24,251 nucleotides of DNA from NCBI GenBank assembly GCA_024102795.1, contig JAGFJK010000232.1, positions 1-24,251 of the forward strand, in the 5' to 3' direction. Shown piece by piece: positions 6,470 through 14,100 of this stretch. Under the pieces are notes generated by a model. It ran no database searches, was not told the origin of the DNA, and saw nothing but the letters and a program-made list of their open reading frames with translations. The translations under genes and the position numbers were made by a program. How positions within the stretch are numbered: position 1 is the stretch's first letter; every line of letters begins with the position of its first letter. The stretch comes from Pirellulaceae bacterium (GTDB taxonomy: Bacteria > Planctomycetota > Planctomycetia > Pirellulales > Pirellulaceae).

Positions 6470-8056
6470 CTATCGAGCGGGCGGTGGCGATCCGGCGGCC
6501 AGCAGCGGGTCGCCCGCCGCTCGCTGCTCGGCCTCCAACTGCGTTCGCAACAGTCCGAACCGCTCGGCGTGTCGCGGATCGGCCGACAAATCGCGCAGTT
6601 CCAGCGGGTCCTGCCGCAGATCGAACATCTGGTAACGTTTGGCCTGGGGATAATGGATCAACTTCCAGCGGTCGTCGCGGATCATCCGCTGCGAGTCGCG
6701 GAAGTAGCAGAACACGTGCGCGTAGAGCGAGTCTTCCTCGCCCCGCAGTACGGGCAGCATGCTGCGCCCCTCGACCTGCCGCGGTACCTCAATGCCGCAC
6801 AACTGGCACACCGTCGGATATAGATCGCGGAGGTAGACCTGGGCGTCGCGGCGGACGCCCGCGGGCAGTCCCGAGCCGGCCAGCACCAGCGGCACGCCCA
6901 CCGTATGCTCGTACATGTTCTGCTTGCCGCGCAGCCCGTGGCTGCCGATCGCCAGGCCATGATCGGCCGTGAACACGATCAGCGTGTCTTCCAGCCGGCC
7001 CGCGTCGCGCAGGGCGTCGAAAATGCGGCCGATCTGCTGGTCCAGGTGGGCGATCACGGCGTAATACACGGCCAGCTCCGCGCGCACGTCCTCGGCCGTC
7101 CGCGGCCAAGGCCAGAGCTGTTCGTCACGGCCGCGCAAGTTGCCATGGTCGAACGGATGCTCGGCCAGAAAATTCCCCGGCAGCGGCATCCGCTCGGGCG
7201 GATACTGGTCGCGGAAGCCAGGCGGCCAGAGCAGCGGATCGTGCGGGGCCGTGAAGTTGACGTGCAGGAAGAACGGCCGCTCGCCGGGACGACGAATCAG
7301 CTCGATCGCCGCGTCGGCGAACCGTCGGCTGATGTCGGGAGTCAGTCCCACGCCGTGTGCCGGAAACAACTGGCCGTCGTCGGTCTGAAAGATCCAGCCG
7401 CGATAGCCCGTCACTTCATGTCCGTTGGCGTCCTGCCGCGGTTGCCAGAACTGGCCGCCCCCGCCCGCGTACAAACCGCGGCTCTCCTCGTAGCCTCGCA
7501 AGTTCGGGCGGCCGTCGTTGTGCCACTTGCCCACGTACCAGGTGTGGTAGCCCGCCTGCCGCATGGTGTGAGCCCAGGTGGGTAACGACGGGTCAATCTG
7601 CCGAGCGAAATCCAGCACGCCGTTGCGGAAGCCGCTGCAGCCGGACAGGATCTCCGCGCGGCTGGGTGTGCAGATCGGGTTGGGGCAGACGGCACGAGTC
7701 ATCAACACGCCTCGGCGAGCCAGCGTGTCCAGGTGCGGCGTCTTGATCGGCGCCTGGTTCAGGATGCCCAGCGCATCCGGCCGCATGTCGTCGGCCACCA
7801 GCAACAGCACGTTAGGCCTCGGCCGCTGTTCGGCCAGCGCGGTTCTGGCCGCCCACGGCAGATGGGCCAGAAGTAGCCCGGCCAGCAGTGGTGCGAGGAA
7901 GCAGCGGGCGAGTGGCGTGCCGGTTGCGGTGCGCGCCGCGGGCGAGGCGGGAAGGAGGCTTGAAGAAGTGTTGGGGTGAAGCGTGCGCCGGGGCACGCTA
8001 CTTTCGCGGAGCGAAAGGCGACAATGCCGGGGCGAAAGGCGACAATGGCGCGTCAT
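6470..8056 (-). CDS. Sulfatase (formylglycine-dependent arylsulfatase family), secreted. The start codon is uncertain, and the annotated N-terminus overlaps a repeat element.
   Basis: It has the sulfatase signature [11 protein letters not shown] (C-x-P-x-R), [11 protein letters not shown] metal-binding residues, and GKWH, a signal-peptide-like hydrophobic stretch ([26 protein letters not shown]). The ATG at 8056 overlaps the upstream ABC ATPase stop as ATGA, but the first 20 or so codons translate the dispersed repeat ([12 protein letters not shown]), so the true start may lie downstream. Confidence 0.82.
   Translation of the reverse strand: MTRHCRLSPRHCRLSLRESSVPRRTLHPNTSSSLLPASPAARTATGTPLARCFLAPLLAGLLLAHLPWAARTALAEQRPRPNVLLLVADDMRPDALGILNQAPIKTPHLDTLARRGVLMTRAVCPNPICTPSRAEILSGCSGFRNGVLDFARQIDPSLPTWAHTMRQAGYHTWYVGKWHNDGRPNLRGYEESRGLYAGGGGQFWQPRQDANGHEVTGYRGWIFQTDDGQLFPAHGVGLTPDISRRFADAAIELIRRPGERPFFLHVNFTAPHDPLLWPPGFRDQYPPERMPLPGNFLAEHPFDHGNLRGRDEQLWPWPRTAEDVRAELAVYYAVIAHLDQQIGRIFDALRDAGRLEDTLIVFTADHGLAIGSHGLRGKQNMYEHTVGVPLVLAGSGLPAGVRRDAQVYLRDLYPTVCQLCGIEVPRQVEGRSMLPVLRGEEDSLYAHVFCYFRDSQRMIRDDRWKLIHYPQAKRYQMFDLRQDPLELRDLSADPRHAERFGLLRTQLEAEQRAAGDPLLAAGSPPPAR
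7997..8050. repeat. Short dispersed palindromic repeat, direct copy plus a half-copy, preceded by the hairpin GCGTGC-GCCGGG-GCACGC
   Basis: GCTACTTTCGCGGAGCGAAAGGCGACAATGCCG is followed by GGGCGAAAGGCGACAATGGCG. It is nearly identical to 2361-2392. It sits at the junction between the ABC ATPase and the sulfatase. Confidence 0.7.
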
Positions 8057-9150
8057 AGCGCGGCTCCTGTGTCGTTGTCGAACAGGTGAGCGTGGGTGGC
8101 GTGGAAGTGCAGCGTGAGCTGATCGCCGCGCTGGAACCGCTGGTGCGAGTCCACTCGCACAACCAGCTCATGCGCTCCGCAGACCGCGTCCAGGATCGTC
8201 TCCGCTCCCAGCGGCTGAGCCACCACGACCTGGCCCGAGGCGGAGCTCCACCCGCCTTCCCGCGCCGCGCCGTTGCCGCAGGCCATGTGTTCGGGCCGGA
8301 TCCCCAGCGTCACCCGCTTGCCGGCCCAGGGACGGTAACGCTCTTGCCGCTCGGCCGGCAGCTCCAGCGCCAGCGACTCGGTGCGGAACGTCCAGCGGTC
8401 CTGTTCCACCCGCAGCTCGCCCTCCAGAAAGTTCATCGGCGGGCTGCCGATAAACTCGGCCACGAACTTGTTTCGCGGTGCGTCGTAGACTTCGAGCGGC
8501 CGGCCCACCTGTTGAATCCGGCCCTGGTGCATGACCACGATGCGGTGCCCCATCATCATCGCCTCGGTCTGGTCGTGCGTCACATGGATGCTGGTCGTCT
8601 GCAGCCGCTGGTGCAGCTTGACCAGTTCGGTCCGCATGGTCACTCGCAGCCGGGCGTCGAGGTTGCTGAGCGGTTCGTCGAACAGGAACACGGCCGGATC
8701 GCGGACAATGGCCCGCCCGACCGCGACCCGCTGCCGTTCGCCGCCGGACAGTTGCGCCGGTTTGCGGTGCAGCAGGCCCTCGATACCCAGGATGGCCGCC
8801 GCCGCCCGCACGCGCTGGTCGATCTGGGCGCGCGGGACGCGCCGCATCCTCAGGCCGAACGCCATGTTCTTGTAGACGTTCATGTGCGGATACAAAGCGT
8901 AGTTCTGAAAGACCATGGCGATGTTGCGGTGGCGGGGCGCGACATGGTTCACGACCTGCGGCCCGATCTGGATGGTGCCGCCGTCCAGATCCTCGAGCCC
9001 CGCGATCAGCCGCAGCGTGGTCGATTTTCCGCAGCCCGAAGGTCCGACCAGCACCAGCAGTTCGCCGTCCTCGACGCGCAAGCTCATGTCCTCGACCGCC
9101 GTCGTTTGACCATACCGCTTGGTGACGTTCTGCAGCGTGACTTCCGCCAT
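8053..9150 (-). CDS. ABC transporter ATP-binding protein of the MalK/UgpC type with a C-terminal TOBE-like domain. It is an orphan, with no permease or solute-binding protein adjacent.
   Basis: An ATG at 9150 starts [14 protein letters not shown]. Walker A (GPSGCGKST), ABC signature ([10 protein letters not shown]), Walker B ([11 protein letters not shown]) and H-loop (THD) are present. The 712-aa track ORF extends it artificially across the plus-strand PilT gene. Confidence 0.85.
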   Translation of the reverse strand: MAEVTLQNVTKRYGQTTAVEDMSLRVEDGELLVLVGPSGCGKSTTLRLIAGLEDLDGGTIQIGPQVVNHVAPRHRNIAMVFQNYALYPHMNVYKNMAFGLRMRRVPRAQIDQRVRAAAAILGIEGLLHRKPAQLSGGERQRVAVGRAIVRDPAVFLFDEPLSNLDARLRVTMRTELVKLHQRLQTTSIHVTHDQTEAMMMGHRIVVMHQGRIQQVGRPLEVYDAPRNKFVAEFIGSPPMNFLEGELRVEQDRWTFRTESLALELPAERQERYRPWAGKRVTLGIRPEHMACGNGAAREGGWSSASGQVVVAQPLGAETILDAVCGAHELVVRVDSHQRFQRGDQLTLHFHATHAHLFDNDTGAAL

Positions 9151-9336
9151 CGGCAACTGCTGGTTTCCGAGATGTTCTGGCAGGTCGCGGCCGTTTCCGC
9201 CAACTCGGCCCCTGCGCCCGCGGCCGCCCCAATGTAACATAGAGCCTGGCCCACAACCGCTACCCTTGACCAGCTCCGGCGCGGTCGGCCCGTGCCCCCC
9301 CTGCCCCGCGGAGACTCGACGCGAGATGAGTGAACG

Positions 9337-10413
9337 ATGAGCGGACAAACCGTCGCAACAACCGAACCGGTTCCCGACCGGTTGCGGCAGTGGTTGGCCG
9401 CGGCCGTGCGGCAGGAGGCGTCGGACCTGCACCTGGTGCCGCATTATCCGCCCATGCTGCGGGTCCACGGCCTGCTGGTGCCGATCGAGGAGGCCGAACT
9501 GCCCGCGGACGAGGTGACTCGGCTGCTGGCGGCCGTCTGCTCGCCGCGCAACCAGCAGCGGTTCGAGAGCCAGAAGAACATCGACTTCTCGCTGGACGTG
9601 GAGTTGCCCGGCGGCCGGCGGCGGTTCCGCGCCAACTACTTTCTCAGCGGCGGGCAACCTGGCGCCTGTTTCCGAGTCATCCCCGACTCGATTCCCAGTT
9701 TCGACTGGGCCGGCTTTCCCTGGGAGGTGGCCGAACGCCTGGCCCACTTCCGCAATGGCCTGGTGCTGGTGTCCGGCGTGGCCGGCTCCGGCAAGACCAC
9801 CACGCTGGCCATGATCATCCACCTGCTCAACCAGGAAGGCGGCTACCGGATCATCACCGTGGAGGAGCCGGTCGAGTATCTGTTTCCTCGCATGCCGGGC
9901 TCGCTGGTCACCCAGCGCGAAGTGGGCGAGGATGTGGCCTCGTTCGCCGATGGTCTCAAGTACGGGCTCCGCCAGGATCCCGACGTGATCCTGGTGGGCG
10001 AGATCCGCGACCAGGAAACCGCGCAAATGGCGCTCAGCGCGGCCGAGACGGGACACCTGGTCTTCGCCACCTTGCACACGCGCGACGCCAAGGGCGCCAT
10101 CTCCCGCTACGCCGACGTGTTCCCTCAGCACGTCCAGGCCGATGTCCGGGCCCAGTTGGCGCTCAGCCTGCGGGCGGTGATCAGCCAGCACCTGCTGCCG
10201 GGCATCCGGCCGGGCGAGAAGCGCGAGCTGGCGCTGGAAATCCTCTACAACACGGCCCCGATTGCCAGCGGCATTCGTCTGGGCAAGCTGGAGTCGATCG
10301 ACAACAACATCCTGACCGGCCGCGCTCAGGGCATGATCACGCTGGCCGAATCCGTCAAGCGGCTGCTGGCCGCCGGGCGGATCACGCGAGCCACGGCCGA
10401 ACGCTTCGACTGA
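9337..10413 (+). CDS. pilT: Type IV pilus retraction ATPase PilT-family protein (twitching-motility ATPase family). It is an orphan.
   Basis: The 358-aa ORF has Walker A (GVAGSGKTT), Asp box/Walker B ([10 protein letters not shown]), a His box (ATLHT) and a PilT N-terminal domain (LHL...PMLRVHG). No other pilus genes are in the window. Confidence 0.8.
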   Translation: MSGQTVATTEPVPDRLRQWLAAAVRQEASDLHLVPHYPPMLRVHGLLVPIEEAELPADEVTRLLAAVCSPRNQQRFESQKNIDFSLDVELPGGRRRFRANYFLSGGQPGACFRVIPDSIPSFDWAGFPWEVAERLAHFRNGLVLVSGVAGSGKTTTLAMIIHLLNQEGGYRIITVEEPVEYLFPRMPGSLVTQREVGEDVASFADGLKYGLRQDPDVILVGEIRDQETAQMALSAAETGHLVFATLHTRDAKGAISRYADVFPQHVQADVRAQLALSLRAVISQHLLPGIRPGEKRELALEILYNTAPIASGIRLGKLESIDNNILTGRAQGMITLAESVKRLLAAGRITRATAERFD

Positions 10414-10443
10414 AACAAGAGACGAGGGTTATCGTCCGGGAAT

Positions 10444-10998
10444 TCACCCCGGCTGCCTTGTCGCGAGCCACTTCAAGAGCTGTTCCACGGTGGCCACGTC
10501 GGCCGAATGCTGGCCGCGGAGGGCCTGGCGGACCACGCCCGAAGTGTCGACCAGGAAGGCGCCCTGCAGTTGCCGCACGTCGCCGACCGGCAGCCCAGCG
10601 CCGCCGCGGACCAGCGCTCGCATGGCCGGCGCCCAGACCCGCAAGCCCGCCACCTGGCTGACCCCGGCCAGCGGAATCTGCCAGGCCTGGTAAGCGATCC
10701 GCTGGGGATCGGCCAGGCACGAGCACGGCAGTTTCAACCGCTGGCGAAAGTCGGCCGCTTGAGCTGGACTGCCCATGGTGACCGCCACCACCTGGCCGCC
10801 CGCCGCTTGAATCCGCTGGTAAGCGTCCCGCACGTCGACCACGTGCTCGCGGCACAGCGGTCACCCGAAGTGCCGGACGAACAACAGCACGGTCGGCCGC
10901 TGGCGCCAGAAATCGGAGAGTTGCACCGTTGTGCCCGTGTCATCGGTCAGGGTAACGTCCGGCGCATCCTCGCCCGGCTGGGGATGAGCGACAGGCAT
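10444..10998 (-). CDS. Peroxiredoxin-like (AhpC/TSA or PRXL2-type redoxin) protein with an in-frame TGA at 10861-10863 in place of the first Cys of the CxxC motif. It is a candidate selenoprotein (UxxC), or alternatively a pseudogene.
   Basis: An ATG at 10998 starts MPVAHPQPGEDAPDVTLTDDTGTTVQLSDFWRQRPTVLLFVRHFG-[TGA]-PLCREHVVDVRDAYQRIQAAG... and the frame continues unchanged into the 132-aa track ORF (10444-10842). The redoxin family motif is FxRHFGCxxCR, so the TGA sits exactly at the catalytic Cys position. A hairpin (GCACG-UGGUCGA-CGUGC) lies about 12 nt downstream of the UGA. Confidence 0.55.
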
Positions 10999-11076
10999 GA
11001 GCGGACTCCTTCCTGAGTTCTCGGCGGCAGGAAAAGGCGGCCTGGACGGCGCCGCTTTGAGCGTCGGTCTTGGTGG

Positions 11077-11082
11077 ATTATA
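11077..11082 (-). promoter_or_regulatory. Perfect TATAAT hexamer (minus strand) about 80 nt upstream of the peroxiredoxin-like gene start. It is a possible -10 element.
   Basis: The minus strand reads ...GCGCGCCGGGCTATAATCCACCAAG... within the 148-bp gap between the giant gene stop (11147) and the prx-like ATG (10998). There is no convincing TTGACA at -35. An AT-only hexamer is rare in a sequence with this GC content. Confidence 0.2.
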
Positions 11083-11146
11083 GCCCGGCGCGCGACCGAG
11101 GGGAGCACACGCGCGGCACGCACGACAAGGCAGTGGCGCCGGCCAA

Positions 11147-14100
11147 CTACGACTGCTGGTGGGTACCGGTTCCGGCCTGGGTCCGCGTGCCGGGCTGCCG
11201 CTGGCTGGCGCCCTCCAGGTCGCCGATCAGCACGCGGTAGCTCGCCAGGCACTGCTCCAGCGACTCGCGCAACTGCCGGATATCGGACTGCTGTTGCTGG
11301 GACGCGGACAGCAGCGGCTGCAGCCAGGACTGCATCAGTTCGAACTGGCTGTGCATCACGTCCAGGATGGAGCGGGGCACTTTGTGCATGACCGAGATGC
11401 GCTGCAAGGGGCGATTCGTGTCGACCGGGACCGCTCCGGTGGTGAGCGCCCGCAGCTCCTCGCTCAGCTTCAGCATGGCGTCGGCGGCCAGCGCCGCGGC
11501 CCCGTGCGACGGGTCGTGCGAGTTCCCGTCCGCGGGCCGCTCGGCGACGGCCGCCGACAGCGCCTGGCCGATCGACTGCAGTCCTTCGCGGACCGCACCG
11601 ACATTGTCGACCAGTTCTCGCAGTTGCTGCTGCTGTTGCTGTTCGGTCGCGCCGCGGTCCCCGGCCAGCGCGGTGATGCCATCCGAGAGCGTCTGGCGGA
11701 GATGGTGCAGGCCATCGCTGAACGAACTGAGCTGGGCCACGACCAGGCCGACCTTATCGTCCGGGGCCACGCCCCGCAGCTTGACGTTCTGCTGGAACGT
11801 GCGGCAGATCTCCTCCCAGCGGCGGGCCTCGGCCGGACTGAGCAGCCCCAGCATTTCCTTCAGCTTCAGCAGATTCGACTCGGTGTCCGAAGTCAGCGTC
11901 TGGGCGTCGTTTTCATAGCTGGAGAGGATGAGCGTTTCCAGTTCCTGGTCATTCATGATCGGCACGACCCGCTCGGCGATGCGGTTCATGTTGCGGTACG
12001 AGCCCTGCAGCTTGAACGGCGGTTCGGTCCGGTAGTCGTCGGACTGGGCGGCCGAGCGGATGTACTGGCGGTTGACCCGCAGGATGACGTCCCGCACGCG
12101 GAGCAGCTTTTTCATCGTGGCGACCATCTCGTCGAGTTCCTCGAGCGAGTAGTTGCCTTCCAGTTCGATCCCCTCGCGGGCATCGCGCTGGGCCATTTTG
12201 ATCACGGCATAGACGTCCTGCTGGCTGCGGCTGGCCAGCTTGTTCAGGACCGGGTTGCTGGTCAGGGCGTTCTCCAGATAACTCAGCTCGAACGCCTCGG
12301 CCGTGTCGCCGATGATTTCCCCCAGGTTGTAGACGTCGGCCCGGTTCGAGAGCATGTCGGGAATCTGGAACCGCTGCCCGCTTTCGGTGTAGGGGTTGCC
12401 GGCCATCACCACCACCACCTTCCGACCTCGCAGGTCGTAGGTCCGCGTGTGGCCCTTGTACACGCCTTCGATCTTCCGCTGGGCATCGCAAAGTGAAATG
12501 AACTTCTGCAGCAGTTCGGCGTTGCAGTGCTGGATGTCATCCAGGTAGATCATCACGTTGTCGCCCATCTCGAAAGCCAGGTTCAGCTTCTCGACCTCCT
12601 CGCGGGCCGCCGCGTTGGGCGCCTCGGCCGGATCGAGCGACGTCAGCCGGTGCCCCAGGGCCGGGCCGTTGATCTTCATGAAGATGATGCCCAGGCGATT
12701 GGCAATGTATTCCATCAGGGTCGTCTTGCCGTAGCCCGGCGGCGAGACCACCAGCAGCAGGCCCATCAAATCGGTCCGCTTCTGTTCGCCGACCACGCCG
12801 ATCTGCTTGGCCAGGTTGTCGCCGATCAGCGGCAGGTAGACCGAGTCGATCAGCCGGTTGCGGACGAACGAGGTCAGCACGCGGGGCCGGAACTCCTCCA
12901 GGCGCATGTCGGCGCGGGCCTGTTCGAGCAGTTGCTTCTTGAGCTGCACGGACTGCTGGAAGCGGGGAACCACCTGGGTGGCGAACGCGTGGAGCTTGCG
13001 GAGGAATTGGTTGTAATGCAGCCGGTAGCGCCCGCTTTCGATGACCTGGTGGACGCCGGCCAGTCCGGTCAACTCCCGCTCGGCGTGCCCCTCGACAATC
13101 AGCGCCGGATCGAACTTGCCGCGCAGCAGCAGCAACGCCAGTTCATCGGCGAATTCGCCGCGCTGGCCGGCCGACTGGCCGGCGGGTTGACTGGCCGATT
13201 GGCCGGCGGACTGGCCCGCCGCCTGTTGCTGGATGAAGGCCCGCGCCCAGTCGCGCAGCAGCACGAAACGTCCCCGCGCGTCGCCCTGCACGGCGGCCAG
13301 CGACTGCTGGAAGTGGGCGGAGTAGTTGTTCACCCTCAGGTGACGCTCGAACGCCTCGCACAGTTCGGCGGCCGTCCGGCTGACGACAAAATCCTGGCGG
13401 CCGCTGAGTTCGAGGAACAGGTATTCGGCCGCTTCCTCCACCAGGTCATCCGGGAACAGTTCCCAGCGGAGGCAGAAATCCCGCAGCAGCTCGCCGAGTT
13501 CCGCCACGTAGTGCGCCCGCTCGGTGGCTTGCGGGAACAGCCGGGCGACGGTGCCGGCTCCGCGGAGCTTGTCGGCCCAGGTGCCGCGACGGTCCGGGTC
13601 CACGAACAGCAGCCAGCCGCAGACGGCCAGGGCCCGGGCCCGCGTGTCGAAGCGCAACAGGCCCAGCTCGGACTGCATTTCCAGCAGGGCCGTGAGGATC
13701 TTCGCGGCGTCCTGGTCGCTGACGCCCTTGACGTACGATTCGTCGTAGCGGGGCGCCATGAACTGCTGCACCAGGGCCAGCCGATCCTCGGCCGCCAAAC
13801 GCAGCACGCGCTCCTGCTCGGCCGGCGGTTGCGCTCGCAGTTGTTCGAACAGCAGCCAGGCCAGGTATTCGCCGCGATAGACTTGCCGGTTCTCGCTGAC
13901 CAGCAGTTGATCCCAAACCTCGCGCGTGGCCAACAGCCGCTCGTCCCGAATCGGCTCGAAGAACCGCGTGCCGGTCAGGTGCAGGCACAATTGATCCTCG
14001 TGCAGGACGCACGTCAGATCCAGGGCCTGGACGTTGACCGAGAAATTGTGGCGGCCCAGGCGGATCACGTTCTCGCCGCCGACGAACAGCTCGCGGCGGT

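Noticed and set aside
8053-10191. A 712-aa minus-strand ORF suggesting a much longer ABC protein
   Set aside because: The N-terminal 346 aa lack motifs and run antisense through the well-supported plus-strand PilT gene. The true ABC start is the ATG at 9150 (MAEVTLQNV), just before the Walker A region.
10861-10863. The in-frame TGA in the prx-like gene read as a plain gene-terminating stop, which would give two short separate genes
   Set aside because: The sequence upstream (FVRHFG) and downstream (PLCREH) of the TGA together reconstitute a single conserved redoxin active-site motif in one frame. Two independent genes are therefore implausible. The choice remains between a selenoprotein and a pseudogene, and that is reported as a finding.
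10507-11016. A 169-aa plus-strand ORF in the peroxiredoxin region
   Set aside because: It is antisense to the redoxin-like frame, which carries the conserved FxRHFG(C/U)xxCR motif. It shows no recognisable family features.
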